64,000 nucleotides of DNA from Octopus sinensis (GCF_006345805.1 NC_042998.1:32240001-32304000); one strand, 5' to 3'. Positions 1 to 13,270 are shown, numbered from the stretch's first letter. The notes: generated from the sequence alone by a model not told the origin. Numbers and translations: made by a program.

Positions 1-1060
1 GAGCAATAGTCAAAGTGGCTTAGGACAAGTGTCTCCAGAGGACCATCATGGTTTCTTGTTCTCTTGTTCTAAAGGTTCTAAGAATCCATCCAGCCAGCCG
101 TCTGCATTTCATTGTCAGTTTAGCAACATGTACATGAAAGGTCGCGTCATCACTCATGTGAATACCCACTCACGCACTGATTGTGCCTCCGGGATTGCAA
201 TCCCTCCGGGTCCAGTGTATTCATTGGGTATTGCATTCAGTTTTGCATGCTGATAGTATAAAGCTTGAAACTTTTCAGCATTGAACTGCATGCTATTCTT
301 TTAGCCCACTTGTATATTTCGTCCAGCTCATATTGCAGGTGCTTAGTGTCTTCAGGATTCTGTATTGCCTGTGAAACTTTTGTATCATCTGCATACTTGT
401 GATCGTGGCTCTCCGCGTGGCTGAGGGCATGTCTGAGAGGGCCATTATGAACAGTAGTGGTCCCCAAACAGTGCCCTGTGGAACACCGCTCACTATTTGC
501 GTGCTAATGGAAGTGGCCCCATTGGCTGCTACCACCTGACTTCTATTCTTCAGAAAGTCGTGAAGCCATTCTCCTAGTTTTCCAACTATGCCAAGATCAC
601 GCAGTTTGTGACATATCATTCCATGATCGATTTATCGAAGGCCTTTGCGAAGTCGAGATATATGACTTCCACATTTGAGTGGTTGAGCAGTTGTTTCAGC
701 ACCCAGTCATAGTGCTGCAGGAGCTGAGTTAAGCAGCTTCTTCATGGTCGGAAACCATGTTGGGTGTCAGGCAGCAAGTCATTTTCTTCAAGAAGGTGAT
801 TAGTTTCCTTCTGACTATTCGTTCCATGACCTTGCTGATGTGTGAGGTCAGAGAGATAGGTCTGTAGTTCTTGGCCTCCGCTCTGCTACCTCCTTTATGA
901 ATAGGGCATATTTTACCTTCCTTCAGTTTCTTGAAGTTTGCCAGCTGCAAGGAAGCTCTGAAAGAGGAACTGCAGTGGTCTTGCTCGGACTCTCTTACAT
1001 ACTTTTAGGAGGATTGCCGGGAATCCATCGGGCCAATAGCTGAGTCTATTTTCATTTCAT
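1..1060 (-). pseudogene. LINE copy 1 ORF2 reverse transcriptase domain (frameshifted)
   Basis: ORFs 729-950 (PIHKGGSRAEAKNYRPISLTSH), 293-619 (EWLHDFLKNRSQVV...GVPQGT..GPLLFI) and 237-467 (YADDTKV). Confidence 0.9.
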
Positions 1061-1328
1061 CTATAGCCTTTATTACATCGTCTTCCTTTATATCGATGTA
1101 ATTTATCGTCGCCGCCTCTGATTCTATATCTGCAGTGGTAAAGAAGTCAGTTGGATTGCTGATTTGGAAATGCCCAAGGGGTGGAGTGAAAACACTCTTG
1201 AATTGTTCATTCAGTATTTCACTACCCTCATTGGTTTTCCTGTGAGTGTGCCATCCTTTTCAAGGAGTGGCCCTATCCTACAGTGCACCGTAGCTGTTTC
1301 TTTGGCATACCTGTAGAAAGCTCTGGGG

Positions 1329-2470
1329 TTAGTTTTTATGTTGTCTATAGCCCAGCTTCTTTGTCTGCTCTTTCCTTCTCATGGGAGAGTTGCAGACACA
1401 ATTTTCAATTTCCAACAGTTTTATTTTCAGGCGGGACTTTTCACTGCTTTCATTTGTTTGTTTAGGCGATTTGAAATTTTTGTACGCCGTCTCATTAAAA
1501 TTTTCCTCTCTCTGGGGATTTTGTTCTTGTGTACAGTGGCCTTTCTCTCTGGGACACATTTGTAGCATATGGCTTGCATTACAGACATGAATTGTTGAAG
1601 TATCATGTCGATGTCCGGCGAGGAGACATTCAGGCCAGTTTTGTTTGAGGATCTCTTTCTCAATTTGTTTCCAGTTTGCCTTATTGAAGTTCAAGCTGGA
1701 AAGATTCTGAGGGTTTCTTGTAGGCTGCATGTCCGTGCTCTCTTTTGGCCCGTACATGGTCAGCTCTACCATGTTGTGATCCGAGAGTCGTGTCGGTGTC
1801 ACTTTCACATTATGGATGAGATCCATATTATTTGTGAAGCAGAGATCCAGTGTGTTACCTGCTCTGGTTGGTTGGAGTATTACTTGCTCCATGTACAGGG
1901 TGTTGATGAGGTTCAGGAGGGACCTCGCCTGTCCTCGTTCACATCTTGTCATTCCTGGGAGAGAAAGGCCCTCGGGCCATCTGACATTGGTAGATTGAAG
2001 TCTCCCATGAGAAGTACACTTGTGTTGTTCTAATGTGGTTAGAATTTCTTGTATTTTTAAAAGGCAGTCCTCAAACTTGCCCATATGACTTGGGGCATCT
2101 GGAGGGCGATATGTAGCACACACAACTACATCAAGTTGCCTTATGTGTACAATTAGTGTGTCACAAACCGAGTTTGAGTATGACAAAAGGACCTGGGGTG
2201 TGAGGTCCCCACGGATGTACATAGCAACTCCTCCATGACTCCTTTCTTTCCTGTCGGTCCGTAGTACAACATACTGTGGTATGTGTAATTCCGCATCTGC
2301 TATGTCCAGTTCCAGATGCGTTTCTGTGAGTGCTATGCATAAGGCTTGATTGCATGTCGACAAAGTCTCTCAGGAACGGGACTTTTGTCCTGTTACTGTG
2401 TGTTAGTAGTCCTCTGATGTTCAGTAGGAGCATCGAGGTGAGGTGTATGCTGTTGCCGGCGGTGTCCACC
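1329..2470 (-). pseudogene. LINE copy 1 ORF2 apurinic-like endonuclease domain (frameshifted)
   Basis: ORFs 2161-2469 (MLLLNIRGL) and 1329-2363 (TETHL, RTDRKERSHGGVAMY, YRPP, PTR..NTLDL, SDH). Confidence 0.9.
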
Positions 2471-3307
2471 CTGGGTCCATCTGCTGTGGCGTCTTGTGAA
2501 CTGTGGGCAGTTCCATCTGCGAGCCTGAGCCTGATGGAGCCAGGTTAGCTGCTGTACAATCTTTTGTGCCATGCACAAAAAAGATTCCTGCTCAGCAGCT
2601 GCCCTTTCAACAACACGTTGGTGGTTTGTGGTACGCACCACATCTGCGTACCTCCGTTTTGGGGCAGGTGATGCGTGGTCCATCCCATTTCCTTTCGGTG
2701 GTTGGTTTCTGTGGCAGGGTCCCGGATGTGCAAAGCGGCAGCCTGCACCTTCCTCTCCATGCCGGCAGGCATCTTTCAGGTAGAACCTACATACCCGTGT
2801 GCCTGCTTGTTTCCATCCTTTTTGGCATATGGATAGTTAGGTTTGCCTCTATCCCTGGCTGCCTTGCCCCTTGGCTTTGTCTGAGTTTTAGCTTCAGTTT
2901 TTCCTCTTTTTTTTGGCTTCTCATCTCATGTCCATGGCTTTTGGTGCCGGTAGGAGCATCCGCACCTGGGTTCACCTCCCGGCAGGCCTCTCGCTGGAGT
3001 TTTCTTCCTGGGCGTCCACCAGGTGGGGGTGACCCTCCTCATCAGCGCCCGCGTCTCCATCCTTGCCATCTTTACTTTGTTCGCGTTTTTCGCTGTTAAA
3101 AATGGCATCCAGTGTGTTTATGTGCGATCTGACAAGTGCGTATGAGCGTACGAACTCTCGCCTCTTCCGCTCTATTTGTGCTGACGTCCTTTTGAATCCT
3201 TTGTTCCTTAGTGCTGCCGCAATTATGTTACTTGGATTTTCTACGTCAGCGCATTGCCATCCTCGAGGGAACCACGCCAGTTCATCACGTTTCCAGGCTC
3301 TGGACAT
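2393..3307 (-). pseudogene. LINE copy 1 ORF1: Myb/SANT-trihelix-like N-terminus + CCCH zinc finger (frameshifted)
   Basis: 2972-3307: AWKRDEL..W...IIAAALRNKGFKRTSAQIERKRREF. Manual translation of 2726-2791 gives CRFYLKDACRHGEEGAGCRFAH (C-x7-C-x8-C-x3-H). Confidence 0.7.
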
Positions 3308-3654
3308 TCTTGATATTTTATCTATCTATCTATCTATCTAATTATATTATTTATATTATCCAACATTGCCAATAGGGGGGGTAGGGAGGTAATAGAGAAA
3401 GAGAGCGTCTATGTACTTAAGGAGAGATTGGGAGCCAAGAGAAGAGGCAAGAAGAAGAGGAAGAGGAGAGACCTGAGAGCTGAAGGAAGATAGAGAAAGC
3501 GTCTATGTCCTTAGAGAGAGATTGAGAGCTGAGAGAGGAGAGTAAGGTAGAAGAAACAAGGAGAGGCGTAATGGAGAGACTGAAGAGACAGACAGAGACG
3601 TAAGGGAGAGAACTGAAGAGACAGACAGAATTCTAAACGAGGCTATTGGGACAT

Positions 3655-3748
3655 ACACATGTATACACACACACACACACACACAATATATAATATATAT
3701 TTATATATATATATATTTATATACGTATTATATTTATATATATATATT

Positions 3749-3779
<31 letters not shown>

Positions 3780-3840
3780 ATATTTATATACGTATATAAT
3801 TTATATATATATATTTATATATATTATATATAATATATAT

Positions 3841-3884
<44 letters not shown>

Positions 3885-3905
3885 ATATATTTTATATATA
3901 TATGT
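3655..3905. repeat. (CA)n plus imperfect (TA)n microsatellite
   Basis: Direct reading. Confidence 0.95.
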
Positions 3906-4250
3906 AGGTCCCGGGTTGAGTCGGGGTTAACCACAGTAAATAAGGTACTCAATACATAGCAGAGTAACTTAATTTTATTTATAGAAGGAGCTTCTACAGG
4001 ACTGGAACTGTTTCATTCAAAAGAAATCATCAGGAAGCTAGGTGACAAGAGTAGTTTTGGCATTATACATTTAGGCAGGTTTAAAAAGGGTGGTGGTGGG
4101 GGACTTTTTGGGGTAGGCATGGCGCGCAAACTATCATTCTTAGGGAGTGGTCAAAGGAATCGGTGGTAATTATAAAAGAATAAATAAAAGAATAAATAGA
4201 AAAATAGAGTTTTAGGTAAATAAGGAGACTCTCACTTATACTATACATAT
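3905..4250 (-). mobile_element. Penelope-like pseudo-LTR-type repeat carrying a hammerhead motif (left arm of inverted pair)
   Basis: Reverse complement of 4322-4580 over ~270 bp. Contains the CTGATGA...GAAA hammerhead core, which is typical of Penelope-like element termini. Confidence 0.6.
3989..4039 (-). ncRNA. Minimal type-I hammerhead ribozyme
   Basis: Minus strand reads AGCUUC-CUGAUGA-UUUC UUUU GAAU-GAAA-CAG UUCCAGUC CUG-UA-GAAGCU: 6-bp stem I, intact core, short stem II, stem III and a GUA cleavage triplet. Confidence 0.75.
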
Positions 4251-4321
4251 ATCTACATAATATATATACATATATAGATATATATATGTATATATATATA
4301 TGTGTATATATATTGTATATG

Positions 4322-4579
4322 TATAAGTGAGACTCTCCTTATTTACCTAAACTCTATTTTTCTATTTATTCTTTTATTTATTCTTTTATCTACTTTACCA
4401 CCGATTCCTTTGACCACTCCCCTAAGAATGATTTTGCGCCATGCTACCTCAAAAAGTCCCCCACCACCACCCCTTTAACCTGCCTAAATGTATAAATGCC
4501 AAAACTACTCTTGTCACCTAGCTTCCTGATGATTTCTTTTGAAAGAAACTGTTCTAGTCTTGTAGAAGCTCTTCTATAA

Positions 4580-4580
<1 letters not shown>
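4322..4580 (+). mobile_element. Penelope-like pseudo-LTR-type repeat (right arm of inverted pair)
   Basis: Inverted copy of ~3977-4245 with scattered substitutions and indels. Confidence 0.6.
4520..4570 (+). ncRNA. Minimal type-I hammerhead ribozyme (second copy, weaker stem III)
   Basis: AGCUUC-CUGAUGA-UUUC UUUU GAAA-GAAA-CUG UUCUAGUC UUG-UA-GAAGCU. Stem II is a perfect 4 bp; stem III has U-U and G-U pairs. Confidence 0.65.
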
Positions 4581-5545
<965 letters not shown>

Positions 5546-5881
5546 GTGGATTACGTGGATATCGTGGATTAACTGTTGAAGTGGACGGACGTCTATTTGT
5601 TTCTCTCCCAAGTCAGTAGCAAGCTACACAGCTTCAAACTAACTGACCTTAAATATATATATATTTGTACCACGTGTTTGCCTACAAACCCGTAAGTACG
5701 TCTTCATTAACTACAAATTTATATACAACTGTTTCCTTTTAATATCCTCAAACAACCAATAATCAAAACTCACTTCACACCCTTAAGAGAGAACATTTAT
5801 ATATATATACACTTCTTTACTCCCAAGAAAGAATATATATATTCAAAAATCAAAAGGAAAACAAACAAAAGAAAAACAAAC

Positions 5882-7110
5882 ATGACTAACTTGCAGGCCT
5901 GCAACAGACGAAATTGGTCTGATAACGAAATTGATGTTTTAATAAACACATGGCTCTCTCTTTCCCAAACAGAAATCTAAATGTCTTGTGTTTGAATGAG
6001 ATTGCCGAAAAACATCACAAGTGGTCAACACACGATCGTCAAACAGATTCGTAGCAAGTTGAAACATATCGAAGTATCTTTCAAACTGATAAGAGGCCAT
6101 TATGAAAAGCTTCTACATATTTTCACAGTTCAAGAACAACAACAGCTAGAAAATCAGCAGCCACAACAACAACAACAACAGAATGAGCCACTCCTGGTTC
6201 CCAGCACAATGGCTGACCCTGACATCGGTCAGGCACAACACAAACAACACAACAGCCACAGCAACAAGAACAACAACAGCCACTCCTCAACTCTAGCTTA
6301 CTAGACGATTCACTAAATGCCAGTATCTTTTCACCGCTCTCACAGCAACCACCACAATTATCATCATCATCACCACCGCTGCCACCATCGTCTTCTATCA
6401 CCAAAAATACCGACAGAAAACCAAATAAGAAACCACTGCCCTCTTTCCCCACATCACCACCTCAATACTACTGCAGTAACAAACTTAAAGAAACATAGGA
6501 AGCAGAATGCGCCCCCCACGGCCAAACAAGAAATCCCCAAATATGCCGCTATTCACTGCGCCAGAGACTCTGCACAAATAGTGACTGCATCTTCACGCAT
6601 CTACCCGGCACTAGACGCACTACCGGCCAAGGCCAAAGCACGCATCCCACAATAACATCAACACCACCAAATAGTAAATCGAAATTCAAAACACACACAA
6701 CTCGGAGTCCCAAAATCTGCCGGTATTCCCAACGTGAGAGAACATGTCTACTGAGTGACTGTCCCTTCACTCATCTTCCAGGGACCCGACGCACAAACAG
6801 AAACGGGGCCCCAAGCCAACACACAAACCTGAATAACAATAACAATAAAAATAGAAACACACCATGCTGCAGTAATGCTGGTCCAGTCTTTTCAGGAAGA
6901 CACAAAAACAACAACAACAAAAGTGGAAACTACAACCCTATCCAACAGTGCAACCACACCTCCAGCCAAAAACTGCTCCCTAAGCAGGAAAATTCTTTTT
7001 TAGCCATGTTGAACATGGCAAAAGAGATACACAAAAACATTCTAGCCATCACTCAACACCATCCTATGCTATTACCCCAGTGCACCAATTCCCCACATTG
7101 CTGCCACTAA
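5882..7110 (+). pseudogene. LINE copy 2 ORF1: trihelix Myb/SANT-like domain, Q/H/N-rich linker, two tandem CCCH zinc fingers
   Basis: MTNLQACNRRNWSDNEIDVLINTW...EIAEK...KQIRSKLKHIEVSF across frameshifts. 6544-6600 gives CRYSLRQRLCTNSDCIFTH and 6718-6774 gives CRYSQRERTCLLSDCPFTH, both C-x8-C-x4-C-x3-H and in the same frame. Confidence 0.75.
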
Positions 7111-7169
7111 CACACACAAAAATCCAAGCCCCCTGCAACAGTCAAAACCAGCCACTACACTAACCTCCA

Positions 7170-10090
7170 CATTCCTACTCAATGCACAAGGTGTCAGCCC
7201 TTCCATCAATGCACAAAAATGGAAGGTCCAATTCATTGAAGACTGGGTTGGTAACCATTCACACACACATCCCTTTCTTCATTCTCACTGAGACCCACCT
7301 TGACAACTCCCACTTGGAAGCCGAAGTGAGAGTGAAGAATTTCACAACACCATCCGCGCGGATCGTATCGGCAGGAGGAAGGGGGAACTGCCATTTTCCT
7401 GCATGATTCATTTACGGCAGATGGAAATAGTATATTCTCCAACGGCTACTGTGAATCAGTCACCGTGCACAACAAAGCCAATGACCTGACAGTAATTGGG
7501 CTCTATAGGCCGCCCCAAACAACCCATACTGTGCTTTAAAGAATGCCTCAACAGCATTAAGTGCTTTATTCAACAGTGCCATTCTAGCAACATACTCATG
7601 ATGGGAGACTTCAATCTACCCTGTGTTGACTGGACTACAAACTGTTTGAAACCAAGCACTCCCGCCTCAACCCTGACAAAGAAGCAGCAGAGTCACTTTT
7701 CGACTTTACGAATGAGTTTTTCTTGTCCCAACTTGTCCTTGCACCAACAAGACATCAGAACATTTTGGACCTAGTGTTTAGTAACCACACTAACACTATA
7801 CATAACGTTACAGTGGAAAAAACCCTTCTTTCAGACCATGACATGGTTCTCTGTAACATGAAATTCCACCAGCCGAAAGCTAATCCTAGTGACCTTCCTC
7901 CAGCCCACCCATTTGACAACATGGATCTCCATAAAGCCAACTGGGATGCAATCAGGAACGAGCTATCAAATGTTGACTGGTCCTTTACACATACACACAT
8001 CTCCACCAACCATAAAACATCTTGGCAGATCTTTGTAGACACCGTCACAGACATATGTGCAAAACACTCCCACCAAGACCTGTGAACAAAAAGTGCAGAA
8101 TCCTCCAAAACAGAAAAACCATTATCAGAAAAATAAAAAGAACAAACAAAAAATTAACAAACTAAAGTACTGCCAACAGCAACACACACATTCGACGGCT
8201 ATCGCACTGCTTGAATCCAAAAAATATAACCTCCAACAATGCATGAAGACCCTCATCAATAACCAAAGATCAGCTGAGGAGAAGTGGGCCATTGAAAAAA
8301 TCAAACTCAACCCCAAAGTGTTCTTTTCAGTTGCGAGAAAACGCAGGTCACTGTCTCCACTGTAGGCCCTCTAATTGACGAAACTGGCACTCTCCAAGAT
8401 AATGCCAATCCATGGCCGAGATACTGCAGAAAAAATACTGCTCTGTTTTCAGCAATCCTGATATGGCCGATCTGGGCTGTATCAGTGATGTCAACCCCAA
8501 CACACTATATCGGACATAACGTTTAGTGCCCCTGATGTCTTAGCGGCGATAAACGAAATAAAACACAATTCAGCAGTAGGCCCCGATAGATTCCCTGCTT
8601 GTGTCCTGAAGTGTGTCGACACCAACTTGCATCTCCCCTTGCTAATCTGTGGAGAAACTCACTGGATGCTGGCTATATTCCAAAAAACCTTCTGTCCCAG
8701 TCTTTTGTCCTGTCCCAGTTTTCAAAAAGGGAAACAAGTCCCTTGCAGTGAATTACCCCGCCCGATCTCACTCACCTCTCATATCATCAAGGTATTTGAG
8801 AGGGTGGTGAGATCTCGAATAACCCAATTTCTGGAAGCAACAGACGGCTGATCTCCAACCACATGGGTTCCGTAATGGAAGGGACTGCCTAACGCAGCTC
8901 CTGCATCACTTTGAGGACATTTTGAGAGCTTTGGGAGAGGGCTCCAACACCGATGTCATCTACCTTGATTTCAGTAAGGCCTTCGACAGGGTCGATCACA
9001 AGATCCTATTGAAAAAACTATCCAACATTGGTGTCTCTGGAAAGTTACTGAAATGGATTGAGTGTTTCCTGACAGACAGATCTCAACATGTTGTAGTTGA
9101 AGGGGTAAAATCAAGCCCAGCCAAAGTCAGTAGTGGCGTTCCGCAAGGCACTGTGCTGGGCCCACTTCTTTTCATCATTTACATTAATGACATTAATGAC
9201 ATCATCAAGCACAGCAACATAAAAATCTTTGCAGATGACTCCAAGCTACAGAAGGTCATAAATGAGGCGAGTGACCGGACATGCCTTCAGTCAGATCTAC
9301 TGGCTGTTATCCAATGGGCAGAAAAAAAACAATATGCTGCTGAACGAGGATAAATTTGAGCTAATCCACTTTGGAAAAGAGGATGCCCTGAAACTCCCAT
9401 ACTCCCTTCCTTCAGGTGAAACTCTCGCGGCGTCCAACAACATCAGAGACTTGGGAGTAATTGTGGACAACAACGTAAGCTGGGCCACTCATATAACACC
9501 AAAGTTGACATGGCCCGCAGAATGTGTTCCTGGATTCTCAGAACTTTCCAGTCGAGAGATATCCACACCATTATCCTTCTCTTCTCCACTTTTGCCCGAC
9601 CCCACCTTGAATACTGTTGTCCACTGTGGTCTCCCCACACAATACAAGGTATCATAAAAGTTGAAGCACCTCAAAGGGCAATCACAAAAAAGATAGATGG
9701 CATGACAGGCCTCGATTATTGGGGTCGGCTAGAAAAGCTAAAACTCTATTCTCTCCAACGTCGTCGTGAGCGCTACATCATCTGCATGATGTGGAAAATA
9801 TTCCATCAGCATTGCCCAAATGATGTTGGCATCACCTTTAAGGTACATCCAAGGCTTGGGCCCCGTGCCATCCGCCCAAAACAAAAATCGCACTCTCATC
9901 TCATAACAACAATACGGCACAATTATTTCACCTCAATGGCCCGCTCTCTTTAACATTAACACCAAAACACATTAAAACAGAAACTGACCCTATAGGGTTC
10001 AAGAAGTCTTTGGACAGATTCCTTCAAGAAATCCCGGATAAACCCCCTACACCTGGATATGTCTCTGTAAACAATAACTCTCTACTTGAG
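7170..10090 (+). pseudogene. LINE copy 2 ORF2 (APE endonuclease + reverse transcriptase), frameshifted
   Basis: ORF fragments 7182-7406, 7496-7774, 7723-8085, 8627-8851, 8922-9353, 9262-9657 and 9510-9953 carry canonical motifs. Confidence 0.92.
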
Positions 10091-10227
10091 TGGGCCATAG
10101 TGCCCAAATTCTGACTTGAAAGACTTCACCAGGTGGTGCTATTAAGTTAGACATGGCCTGGGCCAATAATGGCCGAAACCTATCAAAGTATCAAAGCATC
10201 AAAGTATATATTTATATATCACGTTCC

Positions 10228-10930
10228 AGGGAGACAAACTAGAAGTAGTTGATAGCTTCCGCTACCTAGGAGACCAAGTCAGTAGCGGGGGGGTTGTGCT
10301 GAAAGTGTAACTGCTAGAGTAAGAATAGCTTGGGCAAAGTTTAGAGAGCTCTTGCCCCTGCTGGTGACAAACCTCTCGCTCAGAGTAAAAGGCAGACTGT
10401 ATGATGCATGTGTACGTACAGCCATGCTACACCGGTATTGAAACATGGGCCGTAACTGCTGAGGATATGGGTAAGCTTGCAAGAAATGAAGCCAGTATGC
10501 TCCGATGGATGTGTAATGTCAGTGTTCATAATCGTCAGAGTGTAAGTACCTTGAGAGAAAAGTTGAACCTAAGAAGCGTCAATTGTGGTGTGCAGAGAGA
10601 CGGCTGCGCTGGTATGGTCATGTGACGAGAATGGCTGTAGATAGTTTGTGTGCAAAAGTGCTACACCCTAGCAGTTGAGGGAACCTGTGGAAGAGGTAGA
10701 CCCAGGAAAACCTGGGACGAGGTGGTGAAGCACGACCTTCGAACTTTAGGTCTCACCAAGGAAATGACTAGAGACCAAGACCTATGGAAGTATGCTGTGC
10801 GTGAGAAGACACGGCAAGAGTAGTCAGGCCATAACCCGTGGCCCCTACCTGAGACGTAGTCAGTCCACCTGTGCATACCTTCCTTCTTGTGACACTTGTG
10901 AAGACCTGTTGAGGCAAGTGAAAGTGAAAA
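10228..10930 (+). mobile_element. 5'-truncated RTE-clade LINE (C-terminal ORF + 3'UTR)
   Basis: GDKLEVVDSFRYLGDQVS...RIAWAKFRELLPLL...KGRLYDACVRTAML..ETWAVT...ASMLRWMCNV...RWYGHVTRM...RGRPRKTWDEVV. Confidence 0.88.
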
Positions 10931-13270
10931 TCAAAATAAAATAGATGATCATCAATGGAATTTGTATCTTTGTTACCAGTGCCGGTGGCACACAAGAAAA
11001 CCATCCGAACGTGGCCGTAGCCAGTACCGCATCGACTGGCCTCCGTGCTGTGGGCACATAGCAAACACCATCCGATCGTGGCCGTCCGCCAGCCTCATCT
11101 GGCACCTGTGTCGGTGGCACATAAAGACACCATCCGAAGACCCGGCAAGACTAGTCAGGCCATAACCCGTGGCCTCTACCTGGGACGTAGTCAGTCCACC
11201 TGTGCATACCTCCCTTCTTGTGACACTTGTGAAGACCTGTTGAGGCAAGTGAAAATCAAAATCAAATCAAATCAAAACAAATCAAAATAGATGAATATCA
11301 ATGGAATTTGTATCTATGTGGTACCAGTGCCTGTGGCACACAAGAAAACCATCCGAACGTGGCCGTCGCCAGTACTGCATCGACTGACCTCCGTGCTGTG
11401 GGCACGTAACAAACACCATCCGATCGTGGCCGTTCGCCAGCCTCATCCGGCACCTGTGTCGGTGGCACATAAAAACACCATCCGAAGACCCGGCAAGACT
11501 AGGCACTTGGGTCGGTGGCACATAAAAACACCATCCGAAGACCCGGCAAGACTAGTCAGGCCATAATCCGTGGCCCCAACCTGGGACGTAGTCAGTCCAC
11601 CTGTGCATACCTTCCTTCTTGTGACACTTGTGAAGACCTTTTGAGGCAAGTGAAAGTGAAAATCAAAATAAAATAGATGAACATGAATGGAATTTGTATC
11701 TTTATGTTACCAGTGCCGGTGGCACACAAGAAAACCATCCGAACGTGGCCGTAGCCAGTACCGCATCGACTGGCCTCCGTGCTGTGGGCACGTAACAAAC
11801 ACCGTCCGATCATGTCCGTTCGCCAGCCTCATCAGGCACCTGTGTCGGTGGCACATAAAAACACCATCCGAAGACCCGGCAAGACTAGTCAGGCCATAAC
11901 CCGTGGCCTCTACCTGGGACGTAGTCAGTCCACCTGTGCATACCTTCCTTCTTGTGACACTTATGAAGACCTGTTGAGACAAGTGATCAAATCAAATCAA
12001 ATCAAATCAAAATAGATGAACATCAATGGAATTTGTATCTTTGTGGTACCAGTGCCGGTGGCACACAAGAAAACCATCCGAACGTGGCCGTGGCCGTAGC
12101 CAGTACCGCATCGACTGGCCTCCGTGCTGTGGGCACATAACAAACACCATCCATCTGGCACCTGTGTCGGAGGCACATAAAAACATCATCCGAAGACCCG
12201 GCATACTAGTCAGGCCATAATCCGTGGCCCCAACCTGGGACGTAGTCATTCCACCTGTGCATACCTTCCTTCTTGTGACACTTGTGAAGACCTTTTGAGG
12301 CAAGTGAAAGTGAAAATCAAAATAAAATAGATGAACATCAATGGAATTTGTATCTTTATGTTACCAGTGCCGGTGGCACACAAGAAAACCATCCGAACGT
12401 GGCCGTAGCCAGTACCGCATCGACTGGCCTCCGTGCTGTGGGCACGTAACAAACACCGTCCGATCATGTCCGTTCGCCAGCCTCATCAGGCACCTGTGTC
12501 GGTGGCACATAAAAACACCATCCGAAGACCCGGCAAGACTAGTCAGGCCATAACCGTGGCCTCTACCTGGGACGTAGTCAGTCCACCTGTGCATACCTTC
12601 CTTCTTGTGACACTTATGAAACCTGTTGAGACAAGTGATCAAATCAAATCAAATCAAATCAAAATAGATGAACATCAATGGAATTTGTATCTTTGTGGTA
12701 CCAGTGCCGGTGGCACACACAAGAACCATCCGAACGTGGCCGTGCCGTAGCCAGTACCGCATCGACTGGCCTCCGTGCTGTGGGCACATAACAAACACCA
12801 TCCATCTGAACCTGTATCGGAGGCACATAAAAACATCATCCGAAGAACCCGGCAAGACTAGTCAGGCCATAACCCGTGGCCCCTACCTGGGACGTTGTCA
12901 GTTCACCTGTGCATACCTTCCTTCCTTCTTGTGACACTTGTGAAGACCTGTTGAGGCAAGTGAAAATTAAATCAAATCAAATCAAAATAGATGAACATCA
13001 ATGGAATTTGTATCTTTGTGGCACACAAGAAAACCATCCGAATGTGGCCGTAGCCAGTACCGCATCGACTGGCCTCCGTGCTGTGGGCACGTAAGAAACA
13101 CCATCCGATCGTGGCCGTTCGTCAGCCTCGTCTGGCACCTGTGTCGGTGGCACATAAAAATACCATCCGAGCGTGGCCGTTCGCCAGCCTCGTCTGGCAC
13201 CTGTGTCGGTGGCACATAAAAACACCATCCGAGCGTGGCCGTTCGCCAGCCTCGTCTGGCACCTGTATCG
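10830..13270 (+). repeat. Tandem array of ~7 units (318-401 bp) built from the RTE 3'UTR plus GTGCCGGTGGCAC-type subrepeats; includes a ~655-bp higher-order dimer
   Basis: The motif GTCAGTCCACCTGTGCATACC recurs near 10858, 11189, 11590, 11924, 12244, 12577 and 12895. Confidence 0.92.

Larger units (their letters stand above)
1..3650 (-). mobile_element. Decayed CR1-group (Jockey superfamily) non-LTR retrotransposon, LINE copy 1; 3' end lies outside the window
   Basis: Minus-strand order is 5'UTR with internal subrepeats (3380-3640), ORF1, APE endonuclease, RT. Motifs: ALTETHL, GGVAMYI, YRPP, PTRAGNTLDLCFTN, SDHNMV, NYRPISLTSHISKVMERIV, SGVPQGTVWGPLLFI. Many frameshifts. Confidence 0.92.
5550..10207 (+). 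mobile_element. Near full-length decayed CR1-group LINE, copy 2
   Basis: 5'UTR, ORF1 from ATG 5882, APE (ILTETHLD, YRPP, MGDFNLP, PTRHQNILDLVF, SDHDMV) and RT (PISLTSHIIKVFERVV, YLDFSKAFDRVDH, GVPQGTVLGPLLFIIYIND, FADDSK, RPHLEYCCPLWSP, LYSLQRRRERY). Ends with a 3' hairpin and a short (TATCAAAG)n tail at ~10180-10207. Confidence 0.93.

Noticed and set aside
11820-11840. Hammerhead core CUGAUGA on the minus strand of the tandem array (also ~12480)
   Set aside because: Present in only 2 of 7 units (others read CAGAUGA, CGGAUGA or CAGACGA), followed by GAAC rather than GAAA, and with no stem I or III. Not a retrozyme array.
10830-13270. CRISPR-like repeat-spacer array
   Set aside because: The units are 320-400 bp, the intervening sequences are homologous rather than unique spacers, there are no cas genes, and the context is a eukaryotic LINE 3'UTR.
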